Shown piece by piece: positions 39,178-48,388 of a stretch of DNA of 64,000 nt. The position numbers and the translations under genes were made by a program. The stretch comes from Acidimicrobiia bacterium (lineage in GTDB: Bacteria; Actinomycetota; Acidimicrobiia; Spongiisociales; ZC4RG35): assembly GCA_965203555.1 (NCBI GenBank), contig CBDBCY010000004.1, forward strand, positions 2,048,001-2,112,000, given 5' to 3'. Under the pieces are notes generated by a model. It saw only the letters and a list, made by a program, of their open reading frames with translations, made no database searches and was not told the origin of the DNA. Numbering within the stretch: the first letter of the stretch is position 1; every line of letters starts with the position of its first letter.

Positions 39178-41402
39178 GCGTCAAGGCCGCGGTCATGGGA
39201 TATGCGGACCGCCAGAGCCTGCGGCCGGGAGAGCGCATCGAGTTCAAGGTGAGCGCGTTGGGCCCGGAGACCTACCGGGCGGACATCGTGCGGTTGATCG
39301 CTCCGGAAGTGGGTCTGGGCGACGACTGCCCGGACTTCTGCGAGATTGAACTCCACACCGAGGTTTGCGGTGACTATCCCACGGAGTGGCAGCCCATGCA
39401 TCCCGGTTCGGCGGTGCGGGTCCCGGGGGGTCTTCCCCTGGATGAGGGAGTGACCCTCAGCGCCAACATCTTTCCCACCTTGATCGAGGCGGGTCGGCAG
39501 GCCATCCTGGGAACCTACAGTCCCACCGACGATTCGGGCCTCAGCCTGATCCTGGAGGACGGGGCTCTCGCTCTGGTGGTGGGAAGCGGGGGGTCCACGG
39601 CCATCGTGACCAGTTCGATTACCCCGGTGGAGCACCGTTGGACGGCGGTGGCCGTCACCTATGAGCCTGACGCCGGCACGGTGGAATTCCATGCCCGGGG
39701 AATGGAGACCCATCGCCTCGAATCTTCACTGTCATCCCGGGAGAGGATGGAAGGGGCGGCGCCCGGAGCATCGGGAGGAAGCCACTTCCACATAGGGGCC
39801 GCCCGAGCCGTGGATGACCGCGGCGTGGAGCACACCGCGCTCTGTTTCAACGGCCGGGTCGAAAGGCCCCGGGTCTACGCCCGGTTGCTGGACCATGAAG
39901 ACATCTCCCGTCTGTCGGCGGTGACCGGTCCGGCGCCGGTTGCAGGAGCGTATGCAGACTGGGACCTCTCCATCGGTATCGACACCGATTCGGTCACCGA
40001 CGTGTCGGGCAACGGCCGTCACGGAGAGACGGTAAACCTGCCCACCCGCGCGGTGGGAGGCTCCAACTGGGCGGGTGAGACCGACAACTGGCAACTACGG
40101 ACCGAGCAGTACGGCGCCATCCACTTCCACGACGACGACGTCGATGACGCCCGGTGGCGGACCAGTTTCGCCCTGGTGGTACCCGAGGACTGGAAGAGCG
40201 GATGCTATGCGGCCCGCCTTCGGGCCGACGACGCCGAGTTCTACGTGCCCTTCGTGGTGCGGCCGACTCCCGGCAAGGAGGCCGATGCGGTGTTGCTGCT
40301 GTCCACCGCCACCTACGGCGCCTACGCCAACCTGAGGCTTCGGGTCGTCTTCCCATGGAACGAGTTGATCCACGGTCGCCTGACGGTGCTGGACGACACC
40401 GATCTGCTGATGCTCCGGTTTCCCGAGATCGGCTCCTCCACCTACGACAGCCACACCGACGGGAGCACCGTTGTCTATGCCTCGATGCGGCGCCCGGTCA
40501 CCAATTTCCGCCCCAAGGGCCGCATCTACAAGTTCTGCCAGGACATGCTGCTGGTCTCCTGGCTCGAGGAGGACGGATACGACTTCGACGTGATCACCGA
40601 CGAGGACGTGCACCGCGAGGGCCTGTCTGCCCTGGAGCCCTATCGGGTGGTCATCACCAGTTCCCATCCCGAGTACTTCAGCACCCGGATGTTCGACGCC
40701 ACCGAGGACCATGTCAGGCAGGGAGGACGGATGATGTACCTGGGAGGCAACGGCTGGTACTGGGTGATCGGTTATCACCCCACCCGCTCGGGAATAGTGG
40801 AGGTCCGCCGGCCCGACGCTCCCCGGCTGTGGGCGGCCGACGTCAGCCAGGGTCATCTCTCGTTCACCGGAGAGCGAGCCGGTACGTGGTCATGGGCGGG
40901 CCGTCCCCCCGAGACCTTCCTGGGAGTGTGTTTCATCACCCAGGGCTTCGACGAGTGTTCCTATTACCGACGCACCGAGGCCTCCGACGATGAGCGCGCT
41001 GCCTTCATTTTCGAGGGCGTCGACGACGAGCTCATCGGAGACTTCGGCCTGTTGATGGGAGGAGCGGCAGGATATGAGATCGACCGGGCGGACTACCTTA
41101 TGGGGACCCCGCGGCATGCGCTGGTTTTGGCGTCGTCGGAGGGCCATTCCAACCTCTACGACTTGATGGTCACCTCACTGGTCGATACTTTGCCGCCCAC
41201 CAATCCCGATGATCCCGACCGGATCCGTGCCGACATAGTGTTCTACGAGACCCCCGGTGGCGGTGCGGTGTTCTCGGTGGGCTCGATTGCCTGGTCGGGA
41301 AGCCTCAGCGCCGCACGGTACGACAACAACGTGGCGGCGGTCAGCCGTAACGTCCTCAACCGCTTCCTGGATCCCGAGCCCTTCCAGATGCCCGCCGAAT
41401 GA
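39174..41402 (+). CDS. dmfA2: N,N-dimethylformamidase large (beta) subunit-like protein
   Basis: GY.DR.S..PGE.I.F.VS, LamG-like insert, YGAIHFHDDD, TY.AYAN, STYD.H.DGS, HPEY, YLGGNG.YW, AAG.EIDR, GAVFS.GSI. Confidence 0.88.
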   Translation: MSVKAAVMGYADRQSLRPGERIEFKVSALGPETYRADIVRLIAPEVGLGDDCPDFCEIELHTEVCGDYPTEWQPMHPGSAVRVPGGLPLDEGVTLSANIFPTLIEAGRQAILGTYSPTDDSGLSLILEDGALALVVGSGGSTAIVTSSITPVEHRWTAVAVTYEPDAGTVEFHARGMETHRLESSLSSRERMEGAAPGASGGSHFHIGAARAVDDRGVEHTALCFNGRVERPRVYARLLDHEDISRLSAVTGPAPVAGAYADWDLSIGIDTDSVTDVSGNGRHGETVNLPTRAVGGSNWAGETDNWQLRTEQYGAIHFHDDDVDDARWRTSFALVVPEDWKSGCYAARLRADDAEFYVPFVVRPTPGKEADAVLLLSTATYGAYANLRLRVVFPWNELIHGRLTVLDDTDLLMLRFPEIGSSTYDSHTDGSTVVYASMRRPVTNFRPKGRIYKFCQDMLLVSWLEEDGYDFDVITDEDVHREGLSALEPYRVVITSSHPEYFSTRMFDATEDHVRQGGRMMYLGGNGWYWVIGYHPTRSGIVEVRRPDAPRLWAADVSQGHLSFTGERAGTWSWAGRPPETFLGVCFITQGFDECSYYRRTEASDDERAAFIFEGVDDELIGDFGLLMGGAAGYEIDRADYLMGTPRHALVLASSEGHSNLYDLMVTSLVDTLPPTNPDDPDRIRADIVFYETPGGGAVFSVGSIAWSGSLSAARYDNNVAAVSRNVLNRFLDPEPFQMPAE

Positions 41403-41448
41403 TCTCGGGCTTCGGATCCGAAGAAGCCGCCGATGGGTGGGGACAGGC

Positions 41449-42222
41449 ATGACCGCACCGGACTGGTCGCTGGGCGCCGGTCTCCGGAACCAGGCGGTGC
41501 TGGTGACCGGAGCGGCGAGCGGCATCGGAAAGGCGACCGCCCGGACCATGGCGGCCCTGGGCGCCAGGGTGGCGGCATTGGACGTTCAGGAGACGGTGCG
41601 GGAAGTGGTGGGGGACTTGGAGGACCCCGGCCGGCACCTGCCGGTGGTCTACGATCTGGCTGACAGCGGGTCGATGCCGTCGTTGGTGGCCGACATCGAG
41701 GCGCGGCTGGGCCCGCTGTGGGCGCTGGCTCATGTGGCGGCCTACCTGCGGCGCAAGGAGTTGGGCGATGTGACCGAAGAGGACTGGGACGCTCAGCTGG
41801 ATGTGAACCTGAAGGGTTCATTCTTTCTCAACAAGGCGGTTGGAGAGGCGATGATCGCCACCGGCAGAGGGGGGCGCATCATCAACTTCACGTCCGGAGC
41901 TTGGCTGAGCGGACCGGTGCATGGCAGCCACATCTACGTGGCCAGCAAGGGGGGTGTGGTCTCCATGACCCGGGGGTTTGCCCGGGCCTACGGGCCACAT
42001 GACATTCTGGTGAACTGCGTGTCGCCCGGGCAGATAGACACCCCCATGCAGCACGTCGACAATATCCCCGAAATCGTGGCGGCCGGAATCGAGCAATGCC
42101 CACTGGGGCGGATGGGACAACCCGAGGAGTTGGCCAGGGTGGTGGCCTTCCTGGCTTCCGAACACGCCAGTTTCGTCAGTGGCGCCACCATCAACGTGAG
42201 CGGCGCGCTGACGATGTACTAG
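41449..42222 (+). CDS. SDR-family oxidoreductase (paralogue of 5714-6493)
   Basis: TGAASGIG, S...YVASK, NCVSPG. Confidence 0.92.
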   Translation: MTAPDWSLGAGLRNQAVLVTGAASGIGKATARTMAALGARVAALDVQETVREVVGDLEDPGRHLPVVYDLADSGSMPSLVADIEARLGPLWALAHVAAYLRRKELGDVTEEDWDAQLDVNLKGSFFLNKAVGEAMIATGRGGRIINFTSGAWLSGPVHGSHIYVASKGGVVSMTRGFARAYGPHDILVNCVSPGQIDTPMQHVDNIPEIVAAGIEQCPLGRMGQPEELARVVAFLASEHASFVSGATINVSGALTMY

Positions 42223-42234
42223 AGGGGTGGATCA

Positions 42235-43146
42235 CTGAACACCGTTCAAACCGTTCTGGGACCCGTTTCTCCGGACGAGTTGGGTGTGACCCTGCCCCAC
42301 GAGCATGTCTTCCTGGACCTCTACGAGATAACCATGAACTCCCATCTGATCCTCTGCGATCCCGAGGTTGCCCGGTACGAGTTGGGTTTCTTCAAGGAGT
42401 GCGGTGGGGGCACCATCGTCGATCAGACGGTGCACGGGCTGGGGCCGGATCCGGAGGCGCTCCGGGAGGTGGCCCGGGACGTGGGCATAAACATCATTGC
42501 GGGTACGGGCTTTTACTGGGAGAAGTTCCACCCGCCCTGGCTGAGGGACATGACCGACCGGGACATCGTGGCAATGCTGGTGAAAGACCTGACGGGAGGG
42601 TTCTACGGGACCGACATCCGGGCGGGGATCCTGGGCGAGATCGGGACTCACCATCGAAGGATCTCGGCCGCCGAGGAACGGGTGATCAGAGCTTGTGCGG
42701 TCGCCCAGCGGGAGACGAGCGTTCCCATCTCCACCCACGCGCTTTTCACCCGCATCGGCATGGAGCAGGTGCGACTGTTCGAAGATGCCGGGGCGAACCT
42801 CGACAAGTTGGTGATCGGCCACGTCGACACCACACCTGACGTGGACTACCACATCGAGCTTCTCCGGAGGGGAGTCTGGATCGCCTACGACGCCATCGGC
42901 CAGCTTGACAAGCAGACGGACGAGAGAAGGGCGGATGCCATAGTCCGGCTGATCGGCGCCGGGTACCGGGACCGGATTCTGCTGTCCACCGATGTGGGAA
43001 AGAGAGGGGCTATGAGATCGTACGGCGGAACAGGGTATGATCATGTGATCAACATCTTTCTGCCACTGCTACGGGAACGGGGCATCGAGGAAGAAGACTT
43101 GGACGCGCTCACCGTGGACAATCCCCGCCGCCTGTTCACCGGATAG
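42235..43146 (+). CDS. Phosphotriesterase-family (Php/PTE-like) hydrolase; probable CTG start
   Basis: VQTVLGP..PDELG.TL.HEH, TIVD.T, GTGFY, GEIG, STH, IGH.D, ILLSTD, DNP.R; the conserved N-terminus lies upstream of TTG 42280. Confidence 0.88.
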   Translation: MNTVQTVLGPVSPDELGVTLPHEHVFLDLYEITMNSHLILCDPEVARYELGFFKECGGGTIVDQTVHGLGPDPEALREVARDVGINIIAGTGFYWEKFHPPWLRDMTDRDIVAMLVKDLTGGFYGTDIRAGILGEIGTHHRRISAAEERVIRACAVAQRETSVPISTHALFTRIGMEQVRLFEDAGANLDKLVIGHVDTTPDVDYHIELLRRGVWIAYDAIGQLDKQTDERRADAIVRLIGAGYRDRILLSTDVGKRGAMRSYGGTGYDHVINIFLPLLRERGIEEEDLDALTVDNPRRLFTG

Positions 43147-43149
43147 CAG

Positions 43150-44262
43150 ATGGACGGGATTCAGGACAGAAGCTATGAGGAGAGGAGTCGAGACTCTGTG
43201 AGCGGCGCAGATCGGCACCGCCCGGTAGAGGTGGTCCACTTCGGCCTGGGAACGGTGGGTCGGGCGGCCTTGCGTCTGTGCCGGACCCGGGAGTGGATTC
43301 GTTCGGTAGGGGCCGTGATAGGCGGGAAGTCTTCGGTGCGGGAAAGAATCGAGGCGGGAGAGGTCCCCGTAGATCTGCCTCTTTCGACCGATGCCGACTA
43401 TTTGTTGGACCAACTGCGACCGGAGGTGGCTTTGATCGCCACCCGCTCTCCCGTGGCGGAGGTGAAAGCCGACATCCTGAGGTGCCTGCATCGGGGGGTG
43501 AGTGTCGTCACCTCGAGCGAGGAACTGTACTTTCCCGACGTCACCGACCCGTCGGCGACCAGAGAGATCGAAGCAGCCTGCCGCGCCGGGGGAGCGGCGG
43601 TGGTGGCCACCGGCATCAATCCCGGGTTCGTGTTCGATGTTCTCCCGGTGGTGATCGCCGGCTCTTCCTGGGACGTCCAGCGGTTGGCGGTGACCCGTGC
43701 GCTCGATTGCTCGGTGTTCGGGCGGACCATCCATCGCTCGCTGGGGGTGGGGTACAGTCCGGCCGGATTCGAGGAGGCCCGCCGGACAGGAGTCATCCGC
43801 GGTCACATCGGGTTCGAGGAGAGCGCCCGGGTCATCGCCAGGGTGATGGGCAGGGAACTCGACCGTTTCGAGGAGAATGTCCAGCCATTGATCGCCGAGC
43901 GACCCTATCAACTCGCCGAGTATGAGATCTCCCCCGGGGAGACGGCCGGGGTGGTTCAGGATGCGACCGGTTGGGTCGGGGAGCGTCCCTGGCTCCGTTT
44001 CGACCTGTCCCTTCACGTGGATCCGAAGTCGGTGGGTATTCAGACCCGTGATCACATCCGGATAGAGGGCGAGAACACCCTGGACGTAACCATCCAGCCC
44101 GGAACCACGTCGATTCTCACCACCTCGGCCCTGTTGGTCAACAGCATCCCGGCGGTGTTGTCCGCGCCCCCGGGCCTCTATACCGCCGCCGACCTCCTAC
44201 CCACCGCACCCTGGTTGGGCGCCAGCCCTCCTCCGGGTTTACGGAGACGAACCCAAGGCTGA
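43150..44262 (+). CDS. DapB-like / 2,4-diaminopentanoate-dehydrogenase / native amine dehydrogenase family protein
   Basis: FGLGTVG, G.SVVTSSEEL.FP, ATGINPGF..D, LGVG.....F, GHIGF.ES, T.A..VN.IP.V..APPG; alternative start GTG 43198. Confidence 0.8.
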   Translation: MDGIQDRSYEERSRDSVSGADRHRPVEVVHFGLGTVGRAALRLCRTREWIRSVGAVIGGKSSVRERIEAGEVPVDLPLSTDADYLLDQLRPEVALIATRSPVAEVKADILRCLHRGVSVVTSSEELYFPDVTDPSATREIEAACRAGGAAVVATGINPGFVFDVLPVVIAGSSWDVQRLAVTRALDCSVFGRTIHRSLGVGYSPAGFEEARRTGVIRGHIGFEESARVIARVMGRELDRFEENVQPLIAERPYQLAEYEISPGETAGVVQDATGWVGERPWLRFDLSLHVDPKSVGIQTRDHIRIEGENTLDVTIQPGTTSILTTSALLVNSIPAVLSAPPGLYTAADLLPTAPWLGASPPPGLRRRTQG

Positions 44263-44732
44263 CCGGCCCGGTAGTCGTGTTTTCCGGTGGTGGGGTCTGA
44301 GCGGCGCTTTCCGCTGCTTCCCAACAATCTGGCAAAAGAACCCGTGCAGGATGGTTGACTCTGTCACAGTGACGGATCATGTTGTTAGGGCCAAGCACCG
44401 AGGCGGTCCGCTCCGGCGTCGTTCGGACCGCAAGAAGGGATCACAGAGTCTGACGAAGCCCGGTCCGGGCTGTCCGAAAACCGTTCAACCCAAGGACAGG
44501 TGGAGGTGGGGGTGGGGACCCGAAGGGGGAAATTCGCGACAAATCGATCTGGTCGGTTTCACACCTTTTCGGCCAGTGTCCCGGTCTGTACCGGCCACGG
44601 ATTCGACCCCACGCTGCCATTGGTGGGTTCGGGAACTGAGGTGTGTTCATACTATGTGGGGTGTCGCGGATGAGGTGGACGCTGCGAAAGTTTTAGTGTT
44701 TGTTTTCACAACTTAGTGATATGCGGGGTGTT

Positions 44733-44755
44733 TTGTCACACCCCCTGTGCATACT
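44733..44755 (+). promoter_or_regulatory. Putative RecA-NDp/PafBC-like promoter giving a leaderless transcript
   Basis: TTGTCAC-N10-CATACT ending 6 nt before ATG 44762. Confidence 0.45.
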
Positions 44756-44761
44756 GTACAC

Positions 44762-46000
44762 ATGAAACACATGAACACACAACCCGCAGGCACAACAGCA
44801 GCCACCAATCGGGTGCGTCTGCTGGCACCCTCCCTGCCGGCGGCCGGGGCTACGTCCGAGCAGTTACGGCAGCGTATACAGTCCACCATCCGCGTCCAGA
44901 ACCAGGCCGCCGCGGTCCGCGCCGAGGCGGTGTCGGAGTTGCGCCGCCGACAGGGGGCGGAGAAGGTGGAGACGATATTGCGAGAAGACGGGCTGTTGGG
45001 CCGTCGGAAGGCCCGAACGGAGGTGGAGACCGCCAAAGAATTGGAGGAACTGCCCAAGACGAGGGAGGGTTTCCAAAAGGGAGAGATCTCTGCTGACAAC
45101 GCGCGTATCCTGGCGGGCGCTAACCAGAGGGGAACCATCAACGAGGACGAGTTGTTGGACGGTGCCCGTTCCCAGTCTCCTGACAAGTTCGCGGCCATGG
45201 TCCGCAAACACGAACAGGCCCGTGCCCAAGATGATGGTGTGTCGGAGTTGGAGCATCAGCGTTCCCGGCGGTTCGCGAAGATCACCACTGACCAGGATGA
45301 CGGGATGACTGTTCTTTATGGGAGGTTCGACCCGGTCACGGGTGCTCGGGTCGAAACGGCGGTGTCTCACATGATGAACCAACTATGGCACAAAGAAGAC
45401 CCTCGGGATCGGGCTACTGCGGGGCAGCGGATGGCCGACGCTATAGCCAAGCTCCTTACTCGGGAAGGAGAGGATGGTGGTTCCCAAGGCGTGCGGTTGT
45501 TGTTGATCGCCGATTACGACGCGGTCAGCCAACAGTTGGGCAGCCCTCGCTTGGAGAACGGAACCCCCCTGCCCGCCCGTACCCTGCGCCAGTTGGCCTG
45601 CGACGCGCAGGTCCTCCCGGCCATCTTTTCGGGTTCGTCGGTGCCGTTGGATTTGGGACGGGCCCGGCGGACGGCCAGCGGTTCCCAACGGGCCGCGCTG
45701 GTCGCCCGCGACAAACACTGTGTGGGTTGCGGCGCCAAGGCCTCCTGGTGTCAGGCCCACCACATTGTCCACTGGGCCGATCAGGGTTCCACGAACCTGG
45801 ACAACATGTGTCTTCTGTGCAGCAGATGCCACCACAAAGTCCACGACAACGGGTGGACAGTTCACAAAACCCCCACCGGAACATACACCCTCCGCCGCCC
45901 ACCAACCGACCGGCCGCCACGGCACCGTACGAACCGCTACCGCCGCCGATCCACACGCCGCCGATCCACGCGCCGCCGCCCCATTAAACAACGGAAATGA
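44762..46000 (+). CDS. DUF222 + HNH endonuclease (REP13E12-like)
   Basis: G.FDP..G, QR.ADA, LACDA...PA, LDLGR..R.A...QR.AL..RD..CVGC...WCQAHHI.HW...G.T.L.N..LLC..CH..VH; Arg-rich tail. Confidence 0.9.
   Translation: MKHMNTQPAGTTAATNRVRLLAPSLPAAGATSEQLRQRIQSTIRVQNQAAAVRAEAVSELRRRQGAEKVETILREDGLLGRRKARTEVETAKELEELPKTREGFQKGEISADNARILAGANQRGTINEDELLDGARSQSPDKFAAMVRKHEQARAQDDGVSELEHQRSRRFAKITTDQDDGMTVLYGRFDPVTGARVETAVSHMMNQLWHKEDPRDRATAGQRMADAIAKLLTREGEDGGSQGVRLLLIADYDAVSQQLGSPRLENGTPLPARTLRQLACDAQVLPAIFSGSSVPLDLGRARRTASGSQRAALVARDKHCVGCGAKASWCQAHHIVHWADQGSTNLDNMCLLCSRCHHKVHDNGWTVHKTPTGTYTLRRPPTDRPPRHRTNRYRRRSTRRRSTRRRPIKQRK
45941..45978 (+). repeat. 15-bp tandem repeat in the HNH C-terminal tail (RRRST)
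   Basis: CGCCGCCGATCCAC(A/G) x2 plus a partial copy. Confidence 0.7.
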
Positions 46001-46335
46001 TCGAACCCGCGTCTGTTTCTATGGCGTCTACCAGCCCGGTTTGCCACTCTCGATCCACGCCCATCCCCAATAGGGGTTCTGAAAGCATTTTGAACACCAG
46101 ATCCAACACCCCCGCGCTATCTGCCCACCAACTCATACGCACATAAACAGCGCGCCATCTCTAACCGGGACGGCAACCCCGCCCCCGGTCGTCGAACACA
46201 TCCGACAGGGCCCCGGTCACCCCATCGAGTCGGCGAAACGCCCAGATGCAGCCCCCACTTGGCCCATGACCCCCTCAACGCCCTCTCCCACCACCTTCAA
46301 CGGGACCAGGCTCCTCACTTTGCCATTCTTCACCA

Positions 46336-46410
46336 TGCGGGTGAACCTTCTGACTTGGTAGCTTCTAACCACGTATCTCAGAACCATCCCAGGTCAGAAG
46401 GCCACCTGCA
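46336..46410 (+). other. Long stem-loop downstream of the HNH gene
   Basis: TGCGGGTG..CCTTCTGACTTGG pairs with CCAGGTCAGAAGG.CACCTGCA; both mismatches are G-U pairs on the + strand. Confidence 0.55.
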
Positions 46411-46450
46411 CCCCCTCCACACACCCCACCCCCACCATGAACAGTCGGGG

Positions 46451-46849
46451 CTATTCGTGGCAGACCGCGGTCGCCTCGATCTCGATCAGGTACCCCGGGT
46501 CCAGGAACTTGGAGACTTCAACCATAGTGGAGGCGGGCTTGATATGGCCGAAGATCTCGGCATGGGCCCGTCCGGCTTCCTCCCAGCGGGAGATGTCGGT
46601 GAGGAACATCCTGGTGCGCACCACGTTCTCGGCCGCGGCGCCCAGTTTGGCCAGGGCTCGCAGGATTATTTCCAGACAGGCCTTCGTCTGCCCGTACATG
46701 TCGTCGGGCGCGATCACCGATCCGTCCGGAGCGCCGGCGGTGGTGCCGGCCACTTCGATCAGGTTCCCGACTCGAACCGCCCGCGAGTAGCCCACCGGGT
46801 CCCACGGGCGGTTGGACGGCACCTGCTGTCTCGGTCCACTAAGCGTCAG
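46451..46849 (-). CDS. RidA/Rid-family protein; start possibly CTG 46849 (first canonical start GTG 46822)
   Basis: PW..VGYSRAVRVG..I.VAGTT, VVRTRMF.TDI, PASTMVEV, LIEIEA.A. Confidence 0.88.
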   Translation of the reverse strand: MTLSGPRQQVPSNRPWDPVGYSRAVRVGNLIEVAGTTAGAPDGSVIAPDDMYGQTKACLEIILRALAKLGAAAENVVRTRMFLTDISRWEEAGRAHAEIFGHIKPASTMVEVSKFLDPGYLIEIEATAVCHE

Positions 46850-46857
46850 GGGTTTTC

Positions 46858-47319
46858 CTAGTCGTCTTCGGCCGGGTAGACATCCACCGTAATAGGAAAT
46901 TGGACGTCTTCGTGGGGACGGATCGTAACCGGAAAAGCCCCGATCCTGCGGATCGGCGTGTCGAGCACCACGTGGCTGGGTTCCAGTTGGAACCCGGTGT
47001 CCCTGCGCACCGCCTCCACCACATCCTTGGGGCCCACCGAGCCGTACAGGTTTCCGGCCTGGGAGGCGCGGGCGGCGATCACCACCATCTTGCCCACCAG
47101 TCGGGTGGCGATCTGTTCGGCCTGGCTCTTTCGCCGCATGTACTCGGCCAGTTTCGCCTGCTTGAGCGCTTGTATGTGGGCGATTGCCTTAGGGGTGGCC
47201 TTTATCGCCTTCTTGCGGGGAAGGAGGTAGTTACGTGCGTATCCGGGCGCCACTACTACCACTTCCCCCTTGTAGCCGAGTCCGGCGATGTCTTCGGTGA
47301 GGATCAGCCGGGTGCTCAT
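46858..47319 (-). CDS. rplI: 50S ribosomal protein L9
   Basis: [33 protein letters not shown]. Confidence 0.95.
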   Translation of the reverse strand: MSTRLILTEDIAGLGYKGEVVVVAPGYARNYLLPRKKAIKATPKAIAHIQALKQAKLAEYMRRKSQAEQIATRLVGKMVVIAARASQAGNLYGSVGPKDVVEAVRRDTGFQLEPSHVVLDTPIRRIGAFPVTIRPHEDVQFPITVDVYPAEDD

Positions 47320-47582
47320 AGGTTGGTATAGGGCAAAAGCGCCATCTCGCGGGCGTTCTTGATGGCTCGCGCCACCGCATTCTGATGCCGTTGGCAGTTT
47401 CCTGTCGAGCGTCTTCCCCGGATCTTGGCGCGGGAATCAGAGATGTATCTGCGGAGCAGCGTGATGTCCTTGTAGTCCACGTAGCGGATATTGTTGTCAC
47501 AAAAGTAACAGGACCTCTTTTTGATTCTGCGATAGCTCGATCCCGAACGGGGACGTCTGCGAGGTGAAGATTTGCGTGCCAT
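47316..47582 (-). CDS. rpsR: 30S ribosomal protein S18 (Zn-binding form)
   Basis: CYFC..VDYKD..LLRRYIS..KI..RR.TG.C..HQ..VA.AIK.AR.MALLPY. Confidence 0.96.
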   Translation of the reverse strand: MARKSSPRRRPRSGSSYRRIKKRSCYFCDNNIRYVDYKDITLLRRYISDSRAKIRGRRSTGNCQRHQNAVARAIKNAREMALLPYTNL

Positions 47583-47594
47583 ACCGCTTCTCTC

Positions 47595-48059
47595 CTAGAA
47601 AGGCTCTTCGTCGCTTTTGTAGCTGGTGGGCCGGGTGGGAGCGGCGGGAGGGCGGGAGGGACGCTGGACTCCCTCGTAATAACCACCTCCGGATTCGCGG
47701 GTTGTACGCCGCACGTCGGCGGTAGCAAATCGAAGCGCAGGTCCGATTTCCTCGATCCTGATTTCAATCACCGAACGGCGGTCGCCCTCTGGTGTCTCCC
47801 AACTGCGTTGCTGAAGACGGCCGGTGACGATGACCCTGGATCCTTTCTCAAGGGATTCGGCGACATTCTCGGCGTATTGACGCCAAACGGTTCCGCTGAA
47901 GAAGCTGGTCTCTTCCTGCCACTCGTTGTTCGGGTCGCGCCAACTACGATTGACCGCTATACGGATATTTGCCCGGGGGATTCCCGAAGCGGTGAACCTC
48001 AGTTCCGGATCCTCCACCAAATTGCCGACAACGGTTACCGCGTTGTAGTTTGTTGCCAT
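47595..48059 (-). CDS. ssb: Single-stranded DNA-binding protein
   Basis: VGNL..DPELRFT.SG, AENVAESL.KG.RV.V.GRL.QRSWET, acidic EEPF tail. Confidence 0.96.
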   Translation of the reverse strand: MATNYNAVTVVGNLVEDPELRFTASGIPRANIRIAVNRSWRDPNNEWQEETSFFSGTVWRQYAENVAESLEKGSRVIVTGRLQQRSWETPEGDRRSVIEIRIEEIGPALRFATADVRRTTRESGGGYYEGVQRPSRPPAAPTRPTSYKSDEEPF

Positions 48060-48093
48060 TGCTCTTCTCTCTCTCGTTATTCAGGAACCCGAC

Positions 48094-48381
48094 TCAAATC
48101 TCAGGACGGATGACCTTGTGACGGAGCACGTCGTCGGCCAAAGACAGCACTCGCCTCAAGGAGTCCACGGTCAATGGTTCCGATTCGAACCGGATGACGG
48201 TGTAGTAACCCTCGGAGACATGTTCGATTTTGTACGCCAACCGCCTCTTTCCCCACGGATCGATGGCTTGGTTGACGGCTCCCTGATTGGTGAGGAACTC
48301 CTCCAATTCCGAAACCTTGTCTCGGTATTGGGCCTCGGACATCTCCGGGCGATGGATGGTCATTAGCTCATACTGACGCAA
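48094..48381 (-). CDS. rpsF: 30S ribosomal protein S6
   Basis: MR.YELM.I..P, WGKRRLAY.I, EG.Y, VLRHKVIR; TTG start with AGGAGG. Confidence 0.96.
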   Translation of the reverse strand: MRQYELMTIHRPEMSEAQYRDKVSELEEFLTNQGAVNQAIDPWGKRRLAYKIEHVSEGYYTVIRFESEPLTVDSLRRVLSLADDVLRHKVIRPEI

Positions 48382-48388
48382 TTCGCGT

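Noticed and set aside
46191-46206. Possible LexA SOS box GTCGAACACATCCGAC
   Set aside because: Right half departs from GTTCGA, spacing is off, and it lies between convergent genes
47420-47450. Extra residue in S18 (ISDSRAKI)
   Set aside because: Single-residue indel, probably lineage variation with no evident consequence
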